Positions 10,757-18,353 of a DNA stretch of 53,030 bases are shown here, piece after piece (position 1 is the first letter of the stretch; every line of letters starts with the position of its first letter). Source of the DNA: a virus (lineage: Duplodnaviria > Caudoviricetes); the IMG/VR virus record IMGVR_UViG_3300025120_000074, positions 1 through 53,030 of that record; one strand, given 5' to 3'. The notes under the pieces are model-generated. The model searched no databases, was not told the origin of the DNA, and saw nothing but the letters and a program-made list of their open reading frames with translations. Both the position numbers and the translations under genes were made by a program.

Positions 10757-11111
10757 CTTTTTTCGGTGGTAATATAAATAAAGGGCTTGATGATGTTACT
10801 TCAACTTTATCAGTCTTAGTAAAACCACCACGATCTAGTATATCTTTTGCTGCTGTCATCTTTTCTTTATTACCTAAATCTGTTGGGCTACTCATTACTT
10901 CATACATAGAGTATGCAGCCTTAGTTGCTGTAGAAGAAATAAACTTTTTAGTTATGTCTGCAATTTCATCCTGTAAAACATTTGTAATAGAAGAAGTAGC
11001 TACCGTATCAGCATAACCTGCAAGTTTACGTGCTGTTGCAGGATTACCCCTAGCTTCTTCAAATAAAACATCCAGAAACTTTTGTTGCTTTTCTGTTAGA
11101 TTTCTACTCAT
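10743..11111 (-). CDS. terS: terminase small subunit
   Basis: LTEKQQKFL...A.KLAGY N-terminus and AAKDILDR.G motif; upstream of terL. Confidence 0.75.
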   Translation of the reverse strand: MSRNLTEKQQKFLDVLFEEARGNPATARKLAGYADTVATSSITNVLQDEIADITKKFISSTATKAAYSMYEVMSSPTDLGNKEKMTAAKDILDRGGFTKTDKVEVTSSSPLFILPPKKDEDE

Positions 11112-11115
11112 TATA

Positions 11116-11322
11116 TCATATCCTTACTGACTTGTCAATACATTTATACTGTATTGTGTGTGGAGCAGGAAGACTAGGTGTCATTTGTTTTACAAACGCT
11201 CCTACCATTTTTCTACATTCTTGTTGTGTTATTGCCATTTCTTGTGGATTAAACATCTTACAATCTACAGATTGGTCTATAGGTGATAGTAAACATATTG
11301 TAACTAACGGCAAAAACATCAA
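11116..11322 (-). CDS. small exported Cys-containing protein in the lysis cluster
   Basis: Hydrophobic N-terminus, four Cys, coupled to the endolysin. Confidence 0.5.
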   Translation of the reverse strand: MMFLPLVTICLLSPIDQSVDCKMFNPQEMAITQQECRKMVGAFVKQMTPSLPAPHTIQYKCIDKSVRI

Positions 11323-11771
11323 CTCAATTCAAAGTGTGGACCATCAATAAATGGTCTTCTACCTTGTCCTCTTCTAAGATCAACATACGCATTCATAGCA
11401 TCTTCCATAGTACCACTCCACTGACGCATATCATCTATCTGCCAAGCTGCACCCCAACGTATACCTACGTCCTCAAGCTTTGCAGCTTCCTTCATAGCGT
11501 CAGCAATGTCATCATAGACATTGAGTTCCCATGAAGCCCTCCCACCAATATATGCCATTAAGTCTACAGCTAGTCCTTCCAGATGCTTTGACTTCATGGT
11601 TTGTGAAGCTCCTTTAGCTACTAGTGCTTCCTGCTCTTCTATGGTACGCATACCACAGATAACGCCAAAGTCTATCTTCGTAAGTTCTATAGCTTTCTTA
11701 ACTACACGTACCATGTCTGCATTAACACCGTCTAGTCTATCTTGGCTTCGTTGTGAGAGAGTGAATCCCAT
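11319..11771 (-). CDS. endolysin, peptidase M15 family (L-Ala-D-Glu peptidase-like)
   Basis: G.RT.EEQ, SKHLEGLAVD and DGPHFEL zinc motifs. Confidence 0.9.
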   Translation of the reverse strand: MGFTLSQRSQDRLDGVNADMVRVVKKAIELTKIDFGVICGMRTIEEQEALVAKGASQTMKSKHLEGLAVDLMAYIGGRASWELNVYDDIADAMKEAAKLEDVGIRWGAAWQIDDMRQWSGTMEDAMNAYVDLRRGQGRRPFIDGPHFELS

Positions 11772-11941
11772 TATATATCCTTTTTGTTTTGTAGTCGTTC
11801 TCTGTCTGCTTTTTCTTTACAGGGTAAACAAACACTATTCATCTCTATAAATTTTTGTTGTCTTGTATAAACTGTATATATTAATAAAGGTTCACTACAT
11901 ACAAGACAGTATTTATTTAGTAATTCCTTTTTGTTTTTCAT
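11771..11941 (-). CDS. 56-aa CxxC...CxxC zinc-finger protein (not in ORF track)
   Basis: MKNKKELLNKYCLVCSEP...VCLPCKEK...; stop overlaps the endolysin ATG (TAATG). Confidence 0.55.
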   Translation of the reverse strand: MKNKKELLNKYCLVCSEPLLIYTVYTRQQKFIEMNSVCLPCKEKADRERLQNKKDI

Positions 11942-12314
11942 AGGTTCTTAACCCACCTAGTCCTAACATACCCATCAGGACTGTCATCAAACTTCCCATA
12001 TCAAACTCAGGTATAGGTGGTATGTCCACTCCTGCTAATGATACACCAAATAAAATTAAAGGGGATAGAATAAAATGATACAGCAAAGCTATACCACATA
12101 TCCAACCAACAAAAGGTCTCCAACCGCCTTTAAATAAACTTCCACTTGCAGCTTCCGCTTTGTTTACTTCTACCTGTGCCAGTGCCAACTGTTGTGCATG
12201 TTGGTCTGACATGGTAGCAATCTCATGGGCTAGTCTAGCCTTCTCATCAGCATCAGGTACTACCTTGTCTAAGATACTTGATACTGGTCCTATGAGAGAA
12301 GCTATAATGCTCAT
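11913..12314 (-). CDS. holin, GTA 3TM (DUF3154-like)
   Basis: VNKAEA...GGWRPFVGW...L.GMLGLGGLRTYEK. Confidence 0.85.
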   Translation of the reverse strand: MSIIASLIGPVSSILDKVVPDADEKARLAHEIATMSDQHAQQLALAQVEVNKAEAASGSLFKGGWRPFVGWICGIALLYHFILSPLILFGVSLAGVDIPPIPEFDMGSLMTVLMGMLGLGGLRTYEKQKGITK

Positions 12315-12523
12315 TACTTTTTCTTACCTTTAATAACACCACCCTTATTAAAGTTATCAATATATTCCATACCACCATTAACATACTGTCCTGCTAGTCT
12401 TACAAGACTTTTAGCAAGAGGTGATTTAGAATCTAAAGTTTTATGGATTCTGCGTAATCGTTTTAAACCTTTTATATCAGTTGCATTCATATCTTTTTTT
12501 AAAGCTGCATCATATCTAGTCAT
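12314..12523 (-). CDS. small basic protein with C-terminal FNKGG motif
   Basis: 69 aa ending FNKGGVIKGKKK; coupled to the holin. Confidence 0.6.
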   Translation of the reverse strand: MTRYDAALKKDMNATDIKGLKRLRRIHKTLDSKSPLAKSLVRLAGQYVNGGMEYIDNFNKGGVIKGKKK

Positions 12524-12529
12524 ATCTAA

Positions 12530-12772
12530 TCACCCACATTTACAGTCGGGGTTGTTACACCCTTTGCCTTTTACAGATGACTTAGTACCATTAACATAGA
12601 TACCAAACCATGCTGCACCTGCCCCCACAACGACAGAAACAAACCCTGCCTGTGCGTTGTTAGGGTCTGTTAAATTCATAAACCAATTACACGTTTGATA
12701 AAACACTATCATATAAGATAGTATTAACATACGTGGCACTATTCTCCAAGCTGATAGTTTTTCTGGTGTCAT
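12530..12772 (-). CDS. small two-TM membrane protein (holin-like)
   Basis: WRIVPR then two hydrophobic helices. Confidence 0.6.
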   Translation of the reverse strand: MTPEKLSAWRIVPRMLILSYMIVFYQTCNWFMNLTDPNNAQAGFVSVVVGAGAAWFGIYVNGTKSSVKGKGCNNPDCKCG

Positions 12773-12799
12773 TTCTTGCCCCCTAAATAATTTACGGTA

Positions 12800-13051
12800 C
12801 TACCTGTATCTAGCCGTCTTCTTAGCCACCTTTTTGGGTTGGGCAACATGTTGTTTGCCCTTACCCTTACCCAATCTCTTAGCCTTACTGGTTGCAGCAT
12901 ATTCAGAGGAAGATAGATTCTTGATAGCATTAGCAGGAAGGTAACGCTCACCAGTTGCTTTTGAACCCTGCGTAGAAGGTTTACCACTCTTGGTTCTCCA
13001 CTTTTGTTTACCCCAATCCTTAAGACTCTTCTGAGACTTTGCGAGTGCCAT
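12800..13051 (-). CDS. basic protein resembling the C-terminal half of DUF5872-like proteins
   Basis: SQKSLK.W.KQKWRTKSG...GERYLP...GKQHV.QP. Confidence 0.6.
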   Translation of the reverse strand: MALAKSQKSLKDWGKQKWRTKSGKPSTQGSKATGERYLPANAIKNLSSSEYAATSKAKRLGKGKGKQHVAQPKKVAKKTARYR

Positions 13052-13233
13052 TACTTCTTTTTCTTCTTTACAGCACCACCTTTAGCCATGCCCTTCTTCT
13101 TCATTGCACCGCCTTTAGCCATACCTTTCTTCTTCATCATGCCACCCTTATTCATCTTACCCTTACCGTCTGCAGCAAAAGCAGGAATCATCTTACCATT
13201 TTTTTTAACCATCGGTAGTTTTTTTGCAGCCAT
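13051..13233 (-). CDS. Lys/Met-rich peptide with tandem M[AN]KGG repeats
   Basis: MNKGGMMKKKGMAKGGAMKKKGMAKGG; GAGGAG RBS before the ATG at 13233. Confidence 0.65.
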   Translation of the reverse strand: MAAKKLPMVKKNGKMIPAFAADGKGKMNKGGMMKKKGMAKGGAMKKKGMAKGGAVKKKKK

Positions 13234-13234
13234 C

Positions 13235-13912
13235 TTATTTCTCCTCATTATATAAGTTATCAAATACTCGTTCAGTATTCCAGACGTAATCAGTTTCTAG
13301 TTTAGAATGAAACACATGTTGGTTGGGTCTAAAGTCTGGTGCTCCTTCTCCTGTTTCAAACCATGCAGGGTGCGTTACTCTCACTCTGTTATTGGGTAAC
13401 GCAACAATGTTACCTGTGTACTTACCTGCGTCCATTAACTCTAGCACATGACTTTGTTTGTGTTGTGCAGGGTCATCAGCTATTTCACTGTCTGTGTAGT
13501 CTACAGTAAAGTAATACTTAGCAGGGTAAAATTCTCCATCAACTTTAGCAATCCACGGTGCAGGAGTTGCTCTATTTAAAACATACACAGAGTGGTCATG
13601 TGACATACAATCCCAAGGTTGTGCTGCATATACTGGCAGTGGTTCTGCCCATTCTTCTACAGGTGTATCTCCAACCAAAGCTGTAATAGGCAACCTAGCC
13701 CACATTGCTCCACCATGTATGTTTGGTTCATCTGTACTATCTGACTCACAACCTGTGAAGATAACTTGAAAACTCAAACATCTGTTTGGCATACTCGTTA
13801 CTGCTATTACCATACAGTGTAAAAATTCACCATGGTACTGTTCAAAATTACACGTATACTCTCGTCTTACCCATGCCTTGAAGTATGGGATGTTGCTTTG
13901 TAAGTAGGGCAT
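13235..13912 (-). CDS. conserved phage protein of unknown function
   Basis: 225-aa globular, aromatic-rich ORF coupled to its neighbours. Confidence 0.7.
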   Translation of the reverse strand: MPYLQSNIPYFKAWVRREYTCNFEQYHGEFLHCMVIAVTSMPNRCLSFQVIFTGCESDSTDEPNIHGGAMWARLPITALVGDTPVEEWAEPLPVYAAQPWDCMSHDHSVYVLNRATPAPWIAKVDGEFYPAKYYFTVDYTDSEIADDPAQHKQSHVLELMDAGKYTGNIVALPNNRVRVTHPAWFETGEGAPDFRPNQHVFHSKLETDYVWNTERVFDNLYNEEK

Positions 13913-14208
13913 TAAGCATTTTCCTTTTCCTTTTGCTTTCTCAACTGAAGCTTTGCTTGTTTTGCAAGTCTCACAACTTCAGTCTTACCCATAACTTTAG
14001 CACGTTGTTCCATCACTGTCAAGATTTGAATTTTCCTAGCGTAAGATTTTTTAATCCTCTTGACTTTTGCGATTGTTTCTTTAGCATCTTTTACAGTAGC
14101 AAACTTTATACTCACTGTATCTTTTGGATTCTCATCTGTGTACAGTCTTCTGCCACTACCTTTAGGTTTTTTACCAGTTCCTTTTAGAGGGTCTTTTTTC
14201 TTTGTCAC
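13912..14208 (-). CDS. small basic protein
   Basis: RRLYTDENPKDTV.IKFAT; GTG start; coupled to the next gene. Confidence 0.65.
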   Translation of the reverse strand: MTKKKDPLKGTGKKPKGSGRRLYTDENPKDTVSIKFATVKDAKETIAKVKRIKKSYARKIQILTVMEQRAKVMGKTEVVRLAKQAKLQLRKQKEKENA

Positions 14209-14210
14209 AG

Positions 14211-14336
14211 TTATTTAGCTTTTTTACTTGTTATGCCTTTTAAAACTTTGGCTTGACCTGCGTGTAACTTAGAAGCTTTATTTAAACCCTTAATAACTTT
14301 TTTAACTTTCTTTTTACTTTGATTAGTTAATGCCAT
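14211..14336 (-). CDS. 41-aa basic protein (not in ORF track)
   Basis: MALTNQSKKKVKKVIKGLNKASKLHAGQAKSLKGITSKKAK; TAATG coupling. Confidence 0.6.
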   Translation of the reverse strand: MALTNQSKKKVKKVIKGLNKASKLHAGQAKVLKGITSKKAK

Positions 14337-14500
14337 TATTTATAACCCCCACCCTTGGCTTTATATTGTTTGGCAACCATCTGGGCTTTACGTGCAGACC
14401 ATTGACCTGCACCTCCACCCTTAGAACTTGCTTTAACCTTGGCAACTAAGTTTTTACGCATAGTTGGTTTCGTGTAATTCTTAGCTGCATTTACTACCAT
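14336..14500 (-). CDS. 54-aa protein resembling the N-terminal half of DUF5872-like proteins (not in ORF track)
   Basis: YTKPTMRK...KGGGAGQWSARKAQMVAKQYKAKGGGYK. Confidence 0.7.
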   Translation of the reverse strand: MVVNAAKNYTKPTMRKNLVAKVKASSKGGGAGQWSARKAQMVAKQYKAKGGGYK

Positions 14501-14656
14501 TTATTTTATCCCATAAACTCTTGCATATATTTCACTGCGTCCTATACCTAAGTCTTGCAGTTCTCTATCACTAAATCTATATAACTCACCCATTGCTGCT
14601 CTACGTGCTCTGGCTTCTTGTGATCGTTTAAACCATTCCTTTAGTATCTTAATCAT
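14501..14656 (-). CDS. DUF1127 (YjiS-like) small protein (not in ORF track)
   Basis: 51 aa, RRAAMGELYRFSDRELQDLGIGRSEI; GGAGG RBS. Confidence 0.8.
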   Translation of the reverse strand: MIKILKEWFKRSQEARARRAAMGELYRFSDRELQDLGIGRSEIYARVYGIK

Positions 14657-14659
14657 TGT

Positions 14660-14697
14660 ACTACCTCCTGTGTTTTGTGTACGAGGTAGTTATACCA
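14660..14697 (-). promoter_or_regulatory. RBS-sequestering hairpin plus extended -10 promoter of the DUF1127 gene
   Basis: ACUACCUC/GAGGUAGU 8-bp stem covers the SD; TGG-TATAAC overlaps the 5' arm. Confidence 0.5.
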
Positions 14698-14737
14698 TAT
14701 CTACTCCTATCTTACTATAGATAGTTATGCATTTCCG

Positions 14738-15088
14738 TTATGCAGTTGTTGTCTTAGGTACTTCAACTAAAGAAGCTATCACATGTAATCTGTTAGCTGT
14801 GGCTGCAGTCACTTTTAAAATATCTCCTGAAACTAAAATTAAATCGCTGGTTAATAATTCTACTGTACCGTTAGCTCCCACTGCCTTAACTTTAAATACA
14901 CTAAAAACAGAACTACCATTTGTGATAGTTACTGTTATAGTGTCAGCATTGCCTGTATCCTCAGACACCAGTATAGAAGATACAAAGGTTGTCATCAGGG
15001 GTGGACAGGTATAGAATGTAGTTGCAGTAGCTGTGGTTAAATCTACTTTAACATTCTTATAACGTGAGGTGCTAAGTACGTTAGCCAT
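14738..15088 (-). CDS. small beta-rich putative virion protein, paralogue-like to 46850..47215
   Basis: Shared T.Y...TT.V...V...G..EL...L..L...D.L pattern. Confidence 0.55.
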   Translation of the reverse strand: MANVLSTSRYKNVKVDLTTATATTFYTCPPLMTTFVSSILVSEDTGNADTITVTITNGSSVFSVFKVKAVGANGTVELLTSDLILVSGDILKVTAATANRLHVIASLVEVPKTTTA

Positions 15089-15283
15089 TTATTTTTTACG
15101 TGCCATACCGCCACCATAAAACATCCCTGTCTTACGCAGGTCTGTCATACCACCTTTAGCATAACCCTTTTTCTTTTTACTCATGCCACCCTTATTCATA
15201 GCCATACCAGTAGTAGGGTTGATTTTCTTTTGATCCATGGGCATCATGCCACCCATTGAGTATCCTTTTTTCTTCATTTTCAT
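15089..15283 (-). CDS. Lys/Met/Gly-rich peptide with four xxxGG motifs
   Basis: YSMGG, MNKGG, YAKGG, FYGGG; AGGAG RBS. Confidence 0.65.
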   Translation of the reverse strand: MKMKKKGYSMGGMMPMDQKKINPTTGMAMNKGGMSKKKKGYAKGGMTDLRKTGMFYGGGMARKK

Positions 15284-15293
15284 TTTGGTTCTC

Positions 15294-15593
15294 CTACCAT
15301 TTGACTTTATCTGCCCAGTATGCAGCAGACATTTTTCCCTTTTTAATATTCTTAGCGTGTCTCGCCTTGAATGATTTACGCTTTGCTTTCATTCGTGCTG
15401 ACTCTCCTGCTTTAGGACTTCCTGCAGTTTCAGCACCCTTCTCTCCAAATTTAATTAGCTTGTACTTGCCACCCTCACTTGCCATCACAACGTGAGACTT
15501 GCCACTTGGATCATCCCTAAGTCTCTTAGGTTTGTTGACACCCTCAAGTCCATACTTCTTCATCAGCGTTTTGACTCGTTCAGGTATCGCCAT
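15294..15593 (-). CDS. conserved basic phage protein
   Basis: K.H.V.A...I.FG..G...RKSFKARH...SAAYWA..KW. Confidence 0.7.
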   Translation of the reverse strand: MAIPERVKTLMKKYGLEGVNKPKRLRDDPSGKSHVVMASEGGKYKLIKFGEKGAETAGSPKAGESARMKAKRKSFKARHAKNIKKGKMSAAYWADKVKW

Positions 15594-15840
15594 AGTGTTC
15601 TCTCTTCATGTGTGGCTTGTAAACATCCCTAGCTTCTAGCATACCCTCAAGATACATAGCTCTTTCTACGTGATCCAGTGTGTACAGTACTCCAGTGTCA
15701 AGTTGAATCTTCTTTCTAACATAGAATACGTCAGAACGAGGGATGTGGCATCTTCTAAGTCTTACTTCATCTTCATCTGCTAGTGCGTGATAGAACTCTT
15801 CTATTACATTATCACTAATGTAAGTTTTAATTTTGGACAT
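15580..15840 (-). CDS. first gene of the late arm, hypothetical (start revised to ATG 15840)
   Basis: AGGAG upstream of ATG 15840; H.PRSDVFYVR motif. Confidence 0.6.
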   Translation of the reverse strand: MSKIKTYISDNVIEEFYHALADEDEVRLRRCHIPRSDVFYVRKKIQLDTGVLYTLDHVERAMYLEGMLEARDVYKPHMKREHYGDT

Positions 15841-15847
15841 GGTACTA

Positions 15848-15875
15848 GTTATACTCCTAAAGTTTCTTTTGTCAA
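15848..15875 (-). promoter_or_regulatory. sigma70-type promoter, TTGACA-N13-GAG-TATAACT class
   Basis: TTGACA-16-TATAAC; matches promoters at 8-35 and 29867-29894. Confidence 0.65.
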
Positions 15876-15920
15876 CAAGAAACGACAATAAATCTCCCCC
15901 ATCTCTAAAATATATTTTCG

Positions 15921-16010
15921 TTACATTAAGTATACCTTATGTTCTTTAAGTATATACTTATAGGTGGAGGAGATTAGGTATACTTAATGTTACATTAAGT
16001 TACTTTAAGT
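15921..16010. repeat. array of quasi-palindromic ACWTWAWGT motifs
   Basis: tacttaatgt-tacattaagt-tactttaagt in 10-bp phase (15981-16010) plus copies at 15923-15951. Confidence 0.7.
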
Positions 16011-16012
16011 AT

Positions 16013-16040
16013 ATTATACCACGATTATACATTATGTCAA
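16013..16040 (-). promoter_or_regulatory. consensus sigma70 promoter of the late arm
   Basis: TTGACA-16 nt-TATAAT with TGn extended -10. Confidence 0.75.
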
Positions 16041-16448
16041 GCATTAATTTAACTAATATGTAACAAATATAGGTTTTTCACAGTGTATTTCCCAGAGTTG
16101 TTCTTAACATTGCCCCCAGTTGTACATTATGTGGCTGAGAGGCTCTAGGTTGTTCACTGAGTGGGGTCTGGGAGTTATTACATCGTATCATACCTAACGT
16201 ATCTATTCCCTCCTCAGAGGGGATTTACAAGATGCTCTGTGTATTCTGCATAAATGCCTAAAAAATAGGCAATATAATACAACTGCACGTTTTGTATGCA
16301 GAAATACAATGTAGTTAACACTCTGTTTCCCCCTTCTCTGGCAGAGTATGTACATAGTATCTACGTAGGGTAGGGTGGCTCATGCAACCCAGTAGTAAAA
16401 ATACCACAGTGATGCAACATATTGTAGCTTTCAGGTAACACGTGCAGC

Positions 16449-16513
16449 TAAACCATTGATTTTAAACAATATCTTATACAATAATACATTCTATTACGTG
16501 TAAGTTATTGATT
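16449..16513 (-). promoter_or_regulatory. two IHF-consensus sites
   Basis: AATCAATGGTTTA (16449-16461) and AATCAATAACTTA (16501-16513) both fit WATCAANNNNTTR. Confidence 0.5.
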
Positions 16514-16715
16514 TTACTGGTAGTTTTACAGCCATTGCACGAATTTTGAAGTATTCAAGTATAATTTTTTTGTCGCATATATATAGTCATAAAAATAATT
16601 TAAAAAAAAATAAAAATAATTCTTTACATATCTATTTTTTTAAATTAGAACTGTACTCAACAAACAAAAACATTTTAATAACCGCTAAGGCAATCTTTAA
16701 AATAAGTTAGTTTGT

Positions 16716-16783
16716 TAAGACTAAACTAAAAACTTTCATTTAGTATAAAAATGTGAATTATAAGACTAAACACTAAGACTAAA
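16716..16783 (+). repeat. three TAAGACTAAA direct repeats after an A/T tract
   Basis: Exact copies at 16716, 16761 and 16774. Confidence 0.7.
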
Positions 16784-16791
16784 ATTAATAC

Positions 16792-16821
16792 TTGACTAAC
16801 AATACGAATTAAGATTACGAT
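16792..16821 (+). promoter_or_regulatory. early promoter
   Basis: TTGACT-18 nt-TACGAT with AT-rich upstream DNA. Confidence 0.55.
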
Positions 16822-16827
16822 ATAAAC

Positions 16828-17200
16828 AAGCGGTAAGAAAGCGGTAGGTTAGAAATAAAAAGATCTTGTATAGACGCTACAAGCCACTCTCTAAGTGATA
16901 TTAGAAAAGGTACACGCCATTTATTGATTTTGTGGAAACACATGGGCTAACTTTAACGCAATCCTTACGATTGTATTAGGTGTCTTAAAAGGATAATGGT
17001 AAACGTAAAGAGCTAAGGTCAATCAGTCTTTACTACCACAGTGCGAGGGATAATTAAGCCACGCTGTTGTCTATCATAGTTATGGTAACACTATGACAAG
17101 GCTAGTCCAACAGACGTTATCCTTTAGGTGAATATATAAGCCTATAAATAATGATTAGAGGGTGCAAGGCATAGTGATATGATGACAACTTGCATCCTAT
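16828..17200 (+). ncRNA. candidate large structured RNA / 5' leader
   Basis: No ORF of 60 aa or more; at least eight stems seen by eye, including a GAAA tetraloop and a 10-bp closing stem 17159-17168/17189-17198. Confidence 0.55.
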
Positions 17201-17201
17201 A

Positions 17202-17572
17202 GTTTAAATTAAGTATAACCTCTCAAACTTATGATTGGAAATATTATGAATATACTACAAAAATTTAGCGTAAAAATGATTACTAAAAGAACAAGTAGAA
17301 GTCTAAGTAAGCAAGGTCAAAAGCCTGTTTACTTTAACACCCATAAAAATATTAAGGATAGATGGGGTAGCTATATTACTTCTGGTGGTGTGAGTGATAA
17401 GGCTTTTCTTGCACTATGTATGGGTGATCAAACGTCATACTTTCCACTTGAAAGTGTGGCAAAAAAGACACCATTTAAAAACAATGCAAAGACAAGAATT
17501 AATTTTGTACAGCATAAACAATAATAACTTGACAACTATTTAAATTTAATAGAGGTTATACTTAATTTAAAC
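17202..17572. repeat. perfect 22-bp inverted repeat flanking the first early ORF
   Basis: GTTTAAATTAAGTATAACCTCT (17202-17223) / AGAGGTTATACTTAATTTAAAC (17551-17572). Confidence 0.9.
17231..17524 (+). CDS. first early protein, basic, hypothetical (start may be 17246)
   Basis: 97-aa ORF enclosed by the inverted repeat. Confidence 0.6.
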   Translation: MIGNIMNILQKFSVKMITKRTSRSLSKQGQKPVYFNTHKNIKDRWGSYITSGGVSDKAFLALCMGDQTSYFPLESVAKKTPFKNNAKTRINFVQHKQ

Positions 17573-17584
17573 AAGAGGTGTAAT

Positions 17585-17755
17585 ATGACATATACAATAT
17601 TTTTAATTATAGGTATTGATAGAAGTGTGGGTGACGTACAAGAAAGCGTATACGCTGTTTACCATGATTCAGATGATATTGGTGGTGATATACAAGACGC
17701 AATTAATGAGGGTTGGGATGATGTCCAACTTGTAACAAGAGAAGTTGAGGTGTAA
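17585..17755 (+). CDS. 56-aa acidic early protein (not in ORF track)
   Basis: GAGGTG RBS; MTYTIFLIIGIDRSVGDVQ... Confidence 0.6.
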   Translation: MTYTIFLIIGIDRSVGDVQESVYAVYHDSDDIGGDIQDAINEGWDDVQLVTREVEV

Positions 17756-17756
17756 C

Positions 17757-18353
17757 ATGACTGTAAAAAATAGAAATAATATTGAGAGGGTGTTTAACTT
17801 AAGAACACCAGAAGAAGAAAAAGATGGTGTGACATGGTATGCACTAGCACAAGCAGATGCCAGACGCATGGCAATCTATTACAGCATACCCTTAACTACT
17901 GCGGTGGGTGTCATTGCGTCACTATCACCTAACAATAAATGGGAACGCAATGTAATAAATGCTAAGGATTTAATAGAGGGATACTTGAACGGAGAACACA
18001 AGGAAAGTATCAAAGTTAGCACCTACCATGCAATGAAAGACAAGGCATGGTCTATGCTTGAGGATATGTTAGAGACTGATGAGGATATATTGACTAGGCT
18101 TAATGGGCAAAAAATCAAGAGTTTTTACGAGTGTATCATGGGATATGATGCCTGTTGTATAGATGGACATGCCTATAATATTTGGAGATATGAGAGGGTA
18201 GGATTAACCACAGATAAAACCAACATAGGCAAGAAATTATACGCAGAAATACAAGGTGATTATGTGAGGGTAGCTAAGAAATTAGATATGAAAGCCTACG
18301 AATTACAAGCAATAACTTGGGTAGCATGGAGAAGAATACATGGCATTACGTAA
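17757..18353 (+). CDS. HhH-GPD/DNA-glycosylase-like fold protein
   Basis: WY...IASLSP...W..N, G.KI.SF, IDGHA, QAITW; start revised to ATG 17757 after GAGGTG. Confidence 0.55.
   Translation: MTVKNRNNIERVFNLRTPEEEKDGVTWYALAQADARRMAIYYSIPLTTAVGVIASLSPNNKWERNVINAKDLIEGYLNGEHKESIKVSTYHAMKDKAWSMLEDMLETDEDILTRLNGQKIKSFYECIMGYDACCIDGHAYNIWRYERVGLTTDKTNIGKKLYAEIQGDYVRVAKKLDMKAYELQAITWVAWRRIHGIT

Noticed and set aside
12769-12987. Alternative-frame 72-aa ORF overlapping 12800..13051
   Set aside because: The 12800 frame has recognisable motifs and start/stop coupling; this one does not
16016-16042. dif/Xer-like site (CATAATGTATA core, TTATGTCAAGC arm); also TTATGTAAACT at 21499
   Set aside because: The XerC-side arm is poor; the matches are explained by the -35 box and the ACWTTAWGT array
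16828-17200. Cobalamin riboswitch, tRNA or group I intron
   Set aside because: No B12-box, cloverleaf/TTC loop or intron core consensus recognised by eye
17529-17562. Promoter TTGACA...TATACT
   Set aside because: Spacer is 22 bp, too long for sigma70
17202-17572. Retron a1/a2 repeats or IS/MITE ends
   Set aside because: No reverse transcriptase or transposase in the window and no target-site duplication
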